Shown here: piece by piece, positions 8,581-17,166 of the stretch
Layout: each line of letters begins with the position of its first letter
Position numbering within the stretch: the first letter of the stretch is position 1
Assembly (NCBI GenBank): GCA_043804515.1
Contig: JAZDIZ010000152.1
Coordinates: 1 to 31,838, forward strand
Length of the DNA stretch: 31,838 bases
Source: Pseudomonadota bacterium
GTDB lineage: Bacteria; Bdellovibrionota_G; JALEGL01; DATDPG01
Reading direction: 5' to 3'
Translations under genes and position numbers: made by a program
The notes under the pieces: generated by a model
The model's database searches: none
Seen by the model: the letters and a program-made list of their open reading frames with translations, nothing else
Told to the model about the DNA's origin: nothing

Positions 8581-10143
8581 ATGCGAATGATGACTTCTTT
8601 GCTGCTTACATGGATGACGTTCCTCCCCCTTCTCGGGGCGGTGATCCTTCTTTTTCTGCCCCCACGGATGGCGAGATACGTCTCCGCCGTCTTCACGGGC
8701 ATCCCGCTGCTCCTGGCCGTCTATCTCTTCCAGGCCTTCGATCGGACCACGGCGCAGATGCAGTTCGTCACCCAGGTCCCGTGGATCGGGAAACTCAATA
8801 TCCAGTACTACATGGGAACCGACGGAATCAGCGTCACCATGATCCTTCTTACCGCGCTTCTCTCGTTCCTCTGCGTGTTCGCGTCCTGGAAAATCCAGAA
8901 AGCCGTCAAAGGCTACTATTTTCTCTTCCTGCTCCTCGAGACGGGGATGCTGGGCGTGTTCGCGGCCCTCGACTTGTTCCTGTTCTATGTGTTCTGGGAA
9001 ATCATGCTTGTCCCGATGTATTTCCTGATCGGGATTTGGGGAGGGCCGAGGAAGGAGTACGCCGCGATCAAGTTCTTCCTCTACACGTTGATTGGTTCGG
9101 TCTTCATGCTGTTGGGCATCCTGGCCCTTTACTTTTACGGTGGGGAGCCCCGGACGTTCGACATGCTGGAATTGGCCCGCCGGCATCTGCTGTTCACGGG
9201 AGACACGCTCCGGATTCTGGGCATGCCGTTCGCGAGAGCCGTTTTCTTGGCGTTTTTCTTCGGTTTCGCCATCAAGGTCCCGATGTTTCCGTTCCACACC
9301 TGGTTGCCCGACGCCCACGTGGAGGCGCCCACCGCGATCAGCGTGATCCTGGCCGGCGTGCTCCTCAAAATGGGAATCTACGGCATATTCCGGATCTGTT
9401 ACCCGATCTTCCCGGACGCCGCGATCTGGTTCGCCCCCACGTTGGCCGTATTCGCCGTCATCAACATTCTCTACGGAGCGCTCTGCGCGATGCACCAGAC
9501 CGACATCAAGAAGCTGGTCGCCTATTCCTCGGTGAGCCATATGGGCTATTGCCTCCTGGGCCTGGCCGCATTCACGTACCTTGGGTTCAACGGCTCGATG
9601 TTCCAGATGTTCAACCACGGCACGTCGACGGCTATGCTCTTCTTGTTGGTGGGCGTGATCTACGACCGCGCACACACCCGCGGCGTCGACGATTTCGGCG
9701 GCCTGGCACAAAACATGACCAAGTTCGCGGCCGTCGCGGCCATCGCTTTCTTCGCCTCGATGGGCCTACCGGGGCTCTCCGGTTTCATCAGCGAGGCCCT
9801 CGTTCTCCTGGGTTCGTTCAATGCCGACGCGACGGCCGTGCACCAGGCCGGGGCCGCCGGCGTTCTCGTTTCGGGCCGGAATCTGTTCAAGATTTGCACG
9901 GTCCTGGCCGCTCTCGGCGTGATCCTCACGGCGGCTTATCTGCTTTGGACGGTCCAGCGGATCTTCCTGGGTCCGCTCCGCGAAAAATGGAAATCGCTTC
10001 CCGACATGAGCCGGCTTGAAATGTTCACGTTGGCGCCCCTCGCGATTCTCGTGATCCTCCTGGGCATCTACCCGGCTCCCATTCTCGGCATGATGGGCAA
10101 GTCGCTCGAGACGCTCACAAGGACCTTGCTGGCGGGAAGGTGA
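8581..10143 (+). CDS. nuoM: NADH-quinone oxidoreductase subunit M
   Basis: FYVFWEIMLVPMYFLIGIWG, AIKVPMFPFHTWLPDAHVEAPT, LLKMG, AYSSVSHMG, GLPGLSGFISE. AGGAG SD upstream; the start may be 8587. Confidence 0.96.
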   Translation: MRMMTSLLLTWMTFLPLLGAVILLFLPPRMARYVSAVFTGIPLLLAVYLFQAFDRTTAQMQFVTQVPWIGKLNIQYYMGTDGISVTMILLTALLSFLCVFASWKIQKAVKGYYFLFLLLETGMLGVFAALDLFLFYVFWEIMLVPMYFLIGIWGGPRKEYAAIKFFLYTLIGSVFMLLGILALYFYGGEPRTFDMLELARRHLLFTGDTLRILGMPFARAVFLAFFFGFAIKVPMFPFHTWLPDAHVEAPTAISVILAGVLLKMGIYGIFRICYPIFPDAAIWFAPTLAVFAVINILYGALCAMHQTDIKKLVAYSSVSHMGYCLLGLAAFTYLGFNGSMFQMFNHGTSTAMLFLLVGVIYDRAHTRGVDDFGGLAQNMTKFAAVAAIAFFASMGLPGLSGFISEALVLLGSFNADATAVHQAGAAGVLVSGRNLFKICTVLAALGVILTAAYLLWTVQRIFLGPLREKWKSLPDMSRLEMFTLAPLAILVILLGIYPAPILGMMGKSLETLTRTLLAGR

Positions 10144-11639
10144 GCGGGATGCCGATCAACCTAAGCTGGGTCGTCCATAACGGGAAGAGCCTGGCCGCCT
10201 ATCTTCCCGAACTCGTGTTGCTCGGCACATCACTGATTTGCCTTCTCCTGGGGCCGTTCTCCTCGCTCTCCCGAAAAGGCCCGGTTCTGGTCGGGGCGGC
10301 GGCGCTTACGGTTTTCACGGTGCTTTCGGGTGCCCTGGCGGGCGCTCCGGTTCAAATCCTTTTCTCCGGCGCCATCGCGTTGGACCCGTTCGCCGCTTTC
10401 TTCAAAGTCTTTTTCGGAATCGTGGGCCTCGTCACGCTGGCCATGGTGTACCGGGCCGACGAATTCAAGGAGGTCAACCTCGCGGAGGTCACCGCTTTCA
10501 TTCTCGCGCTGGTGGTTTCCCTCTCCATGATGGCGGCCGCCGACGACATCCTCATGATGTATCTGGCCCTGGAAATGGTTTCCGTCCTGTCCTACATCAT
10601 GGTGGGGTACAAGAAGCATAACCGTGCCTCCAGCGAAGCCGGTTTGAAGTACATCCTTTACGGGGCTTTTTCCTCGGGCGTCATGGTTTTCGGTCTGTCG
10701 TATCTCTTCGGCCTGACCGGGAGCACCGATCTCCCGTCGATCGCCTCGCACTTTGCCGGGCTGAAAGGCGTCTCCGAGGCTCCCGTTCTGTTCTTCGCGC
10801 TTCTCTTAATCATGACGGGATTTGGTTACAAGATCGCGACGTTTCCCACGCAAATGTGGTGCCCCGATGTTTACGAGGGCGCCGCCGTTCCCATTACGGC
10901 TTTCCTTTCCGTCGGCCCAAAGGCCGCCGGCTTCGCCATGACTCTCCGGTTCCTTTTCACGACGTTCGGGCTTCGCGACGGGTCCGGGGTCCATATTTAC
11001 GAGGCCATAAACTGGCAGCTGGTGCTGGGCCTCATCGCCGCCGTCACGATGACGTTCGGGAACCTGGCCGCGCTTCCCCAAAGGAATCTCAAGCGGCTCA
11101 TGGCGTATTCCTCGATCGGGCACGCGGGCTATCTCTTGATGGGATTGTCGGCTCAGACCGCGCAAGGCGTTCAAGCCGTGCTCTTCTATCTGGTGACGTA
11201 CCTGCTCATGAACTTCGGAGTTTTCCTGGTCATCCTCCTGGTCGGGAATCACCTCCATACGGAGGAACTGGACGGCTATCGGGGTCTCGGGTGGCGGACG
11301 CCGTTTCTCGCCGCATCGTTGACCGTTTTTCTTTTCTCGCTCACGGGCCTGCCGCCGTTCGCCGGCTTCGTCGGGAAGTACTTTCTGTTCGCGGCGGTGA
11401 TCCAGCAAGGAAACTACTGGCTTGCGGCTCTCGCCGCCGTCAATACCGTCATTTCCCTCTTTTATTACGCCCGGATCATCCGTGCGATCTGGCTCGAGAC
11501 GCCGCTGAACCCTGCGCACGTGGCCGTATCCGCTGGCGCCGTCCTGTTCACCACATTGCTTTCGGCTCCCACCCTCCTCCTGGGCGTCTACTGGACGCCC
11601 TTGCTGCGCTGGACCGAGCACTCGCTCTTGGGACTTTGA
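10140..11639 (+). CDS. nuoN: NADH-quinone oxidoreductase subunit N
   Basis: SEAGLKYILYGAFSSG, GYKIATFPTQMWCPDVYEGA, GPKAAGF, KRLMAYSSIGHAGY, GLPPFAGFVGK. Confidence 0.96.
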   Translation: MSGMPINLSWVVHNGKSLAAYLPELVLLGTSLICLLLGPFSSLSRKGPVLVGAAALTVFTVLSGALAGAPVQILFSGAIALDPFAAFFKVFFGIVGLVTLAMVYRADEFKEVNLAEVTAFILALVVSLSMMAAADDILMMYLALEMVSVLSYIMVGYKKHNRASSEAGLKYILYGAFSSGVMVFGLSYLFGLTGSTDLPSIASHFAGLKGVSEAPVLFFALLLIMTGFGYKIATFPTQMWCPDVYEGAAVPITAFLSVGPKAAGFAMTLRFLFTTFGLRDGSGVHIYEAINWQLVLGLIAAVTMTFGNLAALPQRNLKRLMAYSSIGHAGYLLMGLSAQTAQGVQAVLFYLVTYLLMNFGVFLVILLVGNHLHTEELDGYRGLGWRTPFLAASLTVFLFSLTGLPPFAGFVGKYFLFAAVIQQGNYWLAALAAVNTVISLFYYARIIRAIWLETPLNPAHVAVSAGAVLFTTLLSAPTLLLGVYWTPLLRWTEHSLLGL

Positions 11640-12005
11640 TCCTTTCCAGGCCACAAGTGAGGAACAAGTTCCCTTTGAAAAGGGAGCCCAAAGAGACTCC
11701 GGAGTCCGGTTTCCGGAGCCCGTTGCCGGTACCGGATCAGGTGTCCGAACTGTAAGTGAGACGGTACAGGCTCGCTCCCGTAAGCCGAATCAGGCAGTCA
11801 GGCATTCTGTCGCCGGCAACGGTCCCGGAATTCTGAAAACGGATTTCCGGATTTCGGATGGCCGTGTTTTGGATCTCATCGACCATTTGGGAGCCTGTCT
11901 CTATCGCCTGACGCATTGTTCTCCGTGATCCAGGTTCCACGGGGACTGGGACGGACTGCCGGAATACCTGATGCCGGGATCTCTTCCAAATACTCCGGAA
12001 ACACC

Positions 12006-12028
12006 GCGGGCGCCCCGAAGGCGCCCGC
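12006..12028 (-). terminator. GC-rich hairpin, probable terminator of the small basic peptide gene
   Basis: Perfect 9-bp stem GCGGGCGCC/GGCGCCCGC (minus-strand loop TTCGG), about 30 bp past the stop at 12060. The following U tract is weak (GGTGTTTCC). Confidence 0.5.
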
Positions 12029-12059
12029 CATGCAAAACTATGCTAAGAAAACGGAGAAG

Positions 12060-12134
12060 TTACCTTCTCCTTCTTTTCTTCTTTGCGGTCTTTTTCTTTG
12101 CAACTCTTTTCTTAGCTTTCTTTTTCTTCGCCAT
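12060..12134 (-). CDS. 24-aa Lys/Arg-rich small protein (histone H1/protamine-like composition)
   Basis: Manual translation MAKKKKAKKRVAKKKTAKKKRRRR*. Strong SD AAGGAG (12140-12145) 5 nt before ATG, AT-rich upstream region, hairpin downstream. Confidence 0.75.
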   Translation of the reverse strand: MAKKKKAKKRVAKKKTAKKKRRRR

Positions 12135-12438
12135 TTTTTCTCCTTAGCAAAAACCGAAATCTCGGTATCGCAGGAAAAAGTATAGATAGAAGTTTTTTTC
12201 TTTACAACAAATAAACCGAAATTCTTTTTCCATCATGGACATGTCTTTCATTTCGAAATCGAACCGACGATCCGATTTACAGCAAAATCACCGGACACAT
12301 TCCGAGCGCCGCGTTTCTCGCGCGGCGGGACCGCATCGCAAGCCCGATTCCGCGGCATCCTGATTCTTTACTCGCGCCTTGAGACACCGGGGGATCTTCT
12401 CTATAATCGAACCCGGTTCCGGCTCTTCGTCTTCCACC

Positions 12439-13959
12439 ATGGCCTCGATCATAGAAACCCTCACGACCCTTCACACGGAAGAATTCACCGGCAAGGTCAT
12501 TCTGAAGAAAGACCCGGTCACGAAAACCATATTCTTTCGCAAAGGCGTGCCGGTTCTCGTGGATTCCAACGTCCGCAGCGAAACCCTCGGCCAGCTTCTC
12601 CTCGGCCAGGCAAAGATCACGGAAGACCAATACCGCGCCGTCTTGGACCAGATGGAAAAGACGGGAAAGCGGCAAGGGGAGGTCCTCGTGGAATTGGGGT
12701 ATCTCTCCGCATTCGAAGTCTATGAGGCCCTTCGCTCGCAGGCCCATGTGAAGTTCGAAAACGCGTTCATGTTGGAGGGGGCCGAGGTGGTCGCGGAAAA
12801 GGGGGACCAGCATCTCGCGGGGATCATGGAGACCCCAGTGGACTTTTTCAGGACGTATTTGAATTTTTTCGAGGATTGGGTGACCGAGGCGGCCCCCGCA
12901 AAATACCCGGAGAAAAAGGCTCTACGGCTGACCCAACGCGGCCGGGAGTACCTCTCCGGCAGGGCTCTCCAGGGCCGGGAGCTCAAGACCGTCCGGCTTC
13001 TGGACGGACGGAGAACCATTTCCCAGGTTTTGGAAGTGCACTCGGGAGAGGAGGTGTCGGCCTTTGCGGTGATCGAAGCCTTGAACGCCATGAGCTTCAT
13101 CGACTTCGACGACCCCTTGCCCGCGCGATTTCAAAGGTCCAAAGCCGAAGTTACCGCGGAAAAGGCCCTGCCCATCCAGGAAAGCACGACTCCCGGCGCC
13201 CGCCTGGTGGATCTTACCGAACCGGCACCGCAGAGAAAGGCGTCTCCCCTGTACGACTTGGCTCTGAACTTGGACCAGCCGTACCCGAAGCTTCTTCGAC
13301 TGCCCGCGCATGCCAATCGTTTTCAAGTCAAGAAGGCCTTCGACGACTTGGTCCGTGCATATCACCTGGACGCCATCTCCGAGACCTATCAAGGCGACGA
13401 GAAGCGGCTGGCGGAAGCCGCGTTGGACCGGCTCTCTCTCGCTTTGACGGTGCTTTCCGACGAGAACCGGCGCAATGAATATCTGCAGGGGTTGGGCCGC
13501 AAAGACTCGCCCAGGGATCCGTCCCCGAAGGTCAAAGCCGAGGCCGCGTTGCAGAAGGCCCATCTTTTTTCGGCCCGGAAACGGTTCGAGGAGGCGGAGC
13601 TGGAAATCCGAAAAGCCGTGGAGATGGACCCTCAAGAGGGCTCGTACCATGTGGACCTGGCACAGCTCTTCATGGCGCGAGCCGCCGCGAACAAGGATCC
13701 TCTGCCTGACGTGATCGAAAACGAGATCCGCATCGCTTTGAAACTGAATGCGTCGGATCCCCGCGCCTATTTCGAATTGGGGGTTTACTTAAAGCTCAAG
13801 AACGAGTTGGACCGGGCCCGGACCGCGTTCCTGAAAGTGCTCGAGCTCAAGCCCAGCGACGAAAAGAGCAACGCGGAACTCCGTCTGATCATGAAGCGAC
13901 TGGAGTCTCACCACCGGTCCGAGCCGTTCCTCCGCGGCCTCTTCAAGAAGAAGAAATAG
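12439..13959 (+). CDS. Multidomain protein: DUF4388/MshEN-like N-terminus, degenerate DnaJ-like domain, C-terminal TPRs
   Basis: FTGKVIL...KTIFFRKGVPV...SETLGQLL...KRQGEVLVELG; J-like YPKLLRL...VKKAFDDLVRAYHLD...LTVLSDENRRNEY; TPR-like helices at the C-terminus. ATG at 12439 is preferred over TTG 12379. Confidence 0.75.
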   Translation: MASIIETLTTLHTEEFTGKVILKKDPVTKTIFFRKGVPVLVDSNVRSETLGQLLLGQAKITEDQYRAVLDQMEKTGKRQGEVLVELGYLSAFEVYEALRSQAHVKFENAFMLEGAEVVAEKGDQHLAGIMETPVDFFRTYLNFFEDWVTEAAPAKYPEKKALRLTQRGREYLSGRALQGRELKTVRLLDGRRTISQVLEVHSGEEVSAFAVIEALNAMSFIDFDDPLPARFQRSKAEVTAEKALPIQESTTPGARLVDLTEPAPQRKASPLYDLALNLDQPYPKLLRLPAHANRFQVKKAFDDLVRAYHLDAISETYQGDEKRLAEAALDRLSLALTVLSDENRRNEYLQGLGRKDSPRDPSPKVKAEAALQKAHLFSARKRFEEAELEIRKAVEMDPQEGSYHVDLAQLFMARAAANKDPLPDVIENEIRIALKLNASDPRAYFELGVYLKLKNELDRARTAFLKVLELKPSDEKSNAELRLIMKRLESHHRSEPFLRGLFKKKK

Positions 13960-14049
13960 GCGGAGCCGTGCGCGGGGAGGTTCGAGCGAAACTCGCTTTA
14001 CTTCCGATCCTCTTCAAGGGAATCTCCACAACGTAAACGTAAGGTAACC

Positions 14050-15762
14050 TTGCCTACACCGCCCGAACCCAGCGCGCGCGAGCAGCTACTGAGACTCCAA
14101 CGGGAGACCTTCGCGCGTCTCGAGGAAGAGATTCATTCCGCGCAGCGCCGCGAAAGCCGGAGTCTCCGGGCCTACCGGAGGCGGTACGATCGCCAGGTTC
14201 GAGCCTACCGGCGGATCGTGACAAAGGCGCAGCTCCTCGGGCAGGTGACGGCGGCCGACATCGTGTATTGCGGGGATTACCACACGCTCATGCAAGCCCA
14301 GCGAACGGCGGTGCGCCTCCTAAGCCCCGTTCTGGCGCAGGGCCGGAAGGTGACGCTGGCCCTGGAGATGATCCCCAAGAACGCGGAAAAGATCGCAAAC
14401 GATTTTCTGCGCGGAGAACTTCCGGAGGAGGCCTTCCTTGAGAAGATGGATTATCGGAATACTTGGGGGTTCCCGTGGCCGCACTACCGGCAGTTGTTCG
14501 AGCTGGCTCGGAAGGCCGGGGTGGACGTCGTCGGGCTCGGATCGAATCTGAGTGATCGGCTTCCGCTGGAGGCGCGGGACGACTTGGCCGCCGATTTCAT
14601 CGTGGAAGCGGCGCTTTCCGATCCACAGAAGCTTCTGTTCTGCCTGTACGGAGACCTCCACATCGCGGAGCCCCATATCCCGCATCGCGTGCAAATGCGC
14701 CTGGAGCGCTACGGCCTCAAGCGCAAGACCCTCCTGATCTACCAGAACAGTGAAGAGATCTATTGGAAACTCGCCGAACAGGGCCTCGAAACCACAGCCG
14801 ATGTCGTGGAGATCGCGCGTAACAAGTACTGCATCCTGAGCGCTCCGCCTTGGATCAAATGGCGGAGTTACAAGACCTGGATCGAAGACAACTCGGATCT
14901 TCTGGAGGATCCCGGCGACCACGAAGGTGCCGGGGAAACCCGCGATTTCTACCACCAGGTTTTCGACCTGGCCCAGCGGATCGCCTCCTTCCTGGGCCTC
15001 AAACCCCGGGAACTCGACCGGTTCAACGTCCTGACGGCCACCGACTTGAACGTGATCGAGGTGCTCGAAAAATATACCAAATCCCTGGAGCGCCCCAACA
15101 TCCCGGTCCGTTCCCTCATCCGGGCTGAAATCCTGGAGAACCAGAGCTGTCTCCTGCCCGAGCGCTCGGTGCTGTATTTAAGCGATCTTTCGGAGAACCG
15201 AGCCGCCGAAAAAGCCGCGCAGCTCGTAGCGGCCAAAATGGACCCCGACCCGTCCGGCTGGGTGTACGGGGATTCGAAGGACCCCAAGGAGGTTTTTTAC
15301 CGTCTCACTCTTTGGGAGGCGATCGGGTTCTTCGGCTCGAAGGTCATCAACCCCAAGAGAAAGTGCAGCCAGTACCGCGATTTCGAAGTATTGATCGAGA
15401 CAACACGCCGGCAGCGCCTCAAGGAGGGCCAGAGAGATCATAGGGAGGTGGCGATCCAGCTCCTGGCCCACAGGGCGTACGAACTTCGCCGGATCAAGAG
15501 CGGGAGGGCAGGCGGGGCTCCGCGGAAGCTCTACCGCTTGCCTCCGAGGCAGTACTTCCTCGCCGCCTGCCACCTGGGACAGATTCTCGCTCATCGCCTT
15601 TACGAAGGCCTCGCGTCGGAACGGGTCTCCATGGACACCATCCGAGGCCTCTTCTCGCCGCTGCCGAAGGACGCGAATGGCGCGGAGTCCCGGTATTGGG
15701 ATTCCGCCAAGATTCTTCGGCACGAACTCTTGGGGACCGAAAGCAAGGAAGACCGATTCTGA
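14050..15762 (+). CDS. ChaN-like (Tiki/EreA superfamily) domain protein with long C-terminal region
   Basis: ADIVYCGDYH, LALEMI, WGFPWPHYRQLFELAR, ARDD, YGDLHIA follow the ChaN pattern. TTG start is uncertain. Confidence 0.65.
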   Translation: MPTPPEPSAREQLLRLQRETFARLEEEIHSAQRRESRSLRAYRRRYDRQVRAYRRIVTKAQLLGQVTAADIVYCGDYHTLMQAQRTAVRLLSPVLAQGRKVTLALEMIPKNAEKIANDFLRGELPEEAFLEKMDYRNTWGFPWPHYRQLFELARKAGVDVVGLGSNLSDRLPLEARDDLAADFIVEAALSDPQKLLFCLYGDLHIAEPHIPHRVQMRLERYGLKRKTLLIYQNSEEIYWKLAEQGLETTADVVEIARNKYCILSAPPWIKWRSYKTWIEDNSDLLEDPGDHEGAGETRDFYHQVFDLAQRIASFLGLKPRELDRFNVLTATDLNVIEVLEKYTKSLERPNIPVRSLIRAEILENQSCLLPERSVLYLSDLSENRAAEKAAQLVAAKMDPDPSGWVYGDSKDPKEVFYRLTLWEAIGFFGSKVINPKRKCSQYRDFEVLIETTRRQRLKEGQRDHREVAIQLLAHRAYELRRIKSGRAGGAPRKLYRLPPRQYFLAACHLGQILAHRLYEGLASERVSMDTIRGLFSPLPKDANGAESRYWDSAKILRHELLGTESKEDRF

Positions 15763-15764
15763 GC

Positions 15765-17114
15765 GTGCGAGGGTTCAAGATACCAAAGCCGGTGGTGGAC
15801 GTCGTGCGAGGACTCCGGCGCCGCGGTTTTGAAGCCTATATCGTCGGGGGCGCCGTGCGGGACCTCAAGTCGGGGCAAGAGCCGAAAGATTGGGATATCG
15901 CCACAAACGCCCGGCCGGAAGCGGTGGAGCACGCGTTCCGCCGGACGATCCCCACGGGAAAGAAATACGGAACGATCACCGTTCTTTCGAAGGGATTTCC
16001 GGTGCAGGTCACGACGTACCGAACCGAGGGGAAGTACGTGGGAAGGAGAAAGCCCGCCCGTGTTTCGTTCGTGTCGAGCCTGACCACGGATCTTTCCCGC
16101 CGTGATTTCACGATCAACGCCATGGCGCTCGATCCCATATCCAAACGAATTCTGGACCCGTTCGGGGGCGCCGCGGACCTTAGTAAGCGCCGTCTTCGAA
16201 CCGTGGGACGGGCCCAGGAGCGTCTCTCCGAAGACGCCCTCCGTGCCATCCGCGCGGGGAGATTCATCTCCCAAATGGGTCTCACGCCTTCACCCGGGCT
16301 TAGTCTGGCCGCAAAGAAAACATCCCCCCATGTGAGAGCCCTTTCCAAGGAACGTATCAAGGATGAGCTTAAGAAATTGTTGCTCGGCCCCCACGCCGGT
16401 GACGGCCTTCGTTGGCTGGATCGTGTCGGGATTCTGAAACTCATCCTGCCGGAACTCATGCGGGGAAAGGGCGTAAAACAGGGCGGGTGGCACCGCCACG
16501 ACGTGTTCCGCCACCAGATCCGCTGCATCGACCTATGTCCGGCTCAACTGGATCTGAGGCTGGCCCTTCTGCTCCACGACGTGGCAAAACCCATCACCCG
16601 GACGAAGGATGCCCGCGGATATCATTTTTACGGCCACGAGCGCCGCGGCGCCGAGATCGCCGCCCGCGTCCTCCGCCGGCTACGGTTCCCCGCAGCCTTG
16701 ATCGAGGAGGTCCGCGAACTCATCCGCCACCATCTCTTCGAGGCCGATCAGATCGCGCCCTCGGACGCGGCGGTCCGGAGGCTCATGAACCGCGTGGGTG
16801 ATCAACGGATCGACAGGCTCATTCTGATGCGGAAGGTGGACGTCAAAGGATGCGGCGCCGACCGGAAACCCGGAAGGGAGCTGGATCTCCTGGCCCGCAA
16901 GATCGCGAAAATCCGGAAGGCGAGACAGGCCATCACGCTCAAGAATCTGGCCGTCGACGGCAATGACGTCATGAAATGGCTTAAAATCCCGCCAGGGCCG
17001 AACGTCGGGTGGATCCTGCGCGCGCTTCTTGAAGAAATCCTGCGCCATCCCAAAAAGAACGATCGCGCCGTTTTGAGGACAAAAGCTCTCAAGTTGGCGT
17101 CACGCCTTTCGTAG
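15765..17114 (+). CDS. cca: tRNA nucleotidyltransferase (CCA-adding, class II) with HD domain
   Basis: AYIVGGAVRD...KDWDIAT, TTYRTEGKY...DLSRRDFTINAMA, EDALRAIR, LLHDVAKP...FYGHE. GTG start 3 bp after the upstream stop. Confidence 0.9.
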   Translation: MRGFKIPKPVVDVVRGLRRRGFEAYIVGGAVRDLKSGQEPKDWDIATNARPEAVEHAFRRTIPTGKKYGTITVLSKGFPVQVTTYRTEGKYVGRRKPARVSFVSSLTTDLSRRDFTINAMALDPISKRILDPFGGAADLSKRRLRTVGRAQERLSEDALRAIRAGRFISQMGLTPSPGLSLAAKKTSPHVRALSKERIKDELKKLLLGPHAGDGLRWLDRVGILKLILPELMRGKGVKQGGWHRHDVFRHQIRCIDLCPAQLDLRLALLLHDVAKPITRTKDARGYHFYGHERRGAEIAARVLRRLRFPAALIEEVRELIRHHLFEADQIAPSDAAVRRLMNRVGDQRIDRLILMRKVDVKGCGADRKPGRELDLLARKIAKIRKARQAITLKNLAVDGNDVMKWLKIPPGPNVGWILRALLEEILRHPKKNDRAVLRTKALKLASRLS

Positions 17115-17166
17115 GCTCTTGCGGGGGCCTGCCCATTCTGATAGATGCCGTCTGACTCCCCGACGT

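Noticed and set aside
6624..9711. Long minus-strand ORFs (244, 319 and 417 aa) opposite nuoL/nuoM
   Set aside because: Typical GC-rich antisense shadows with no motifs; none resembles NuoB.
10230..11755. Alternative-frame ORFs over nuoN as a possible second antiporter
   Set aside because: Arg/Gly-rich or His/Glu-rich shadow translations, not hydrophobic.
11737..11940. 67-aa minus ORF after nuoN
   Set aside because: No recognisable motif or clear SD; cannot be supported, though not excluded.
11916..12185. 89-aa plus ORF with an F/L/S-rich stretch
   Set aside because: It is the antisense reading of the Lys-rich peptide, which has the SD and terminator.
15765..17114. Possible CC-only adding enzyme or poly(A) polymerase
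   Set aside because: The flexible loop (TEGKYVGRRKPARV) is present and no PAP signature was seen, so an ordinary CCA enzyme is the simplest call.
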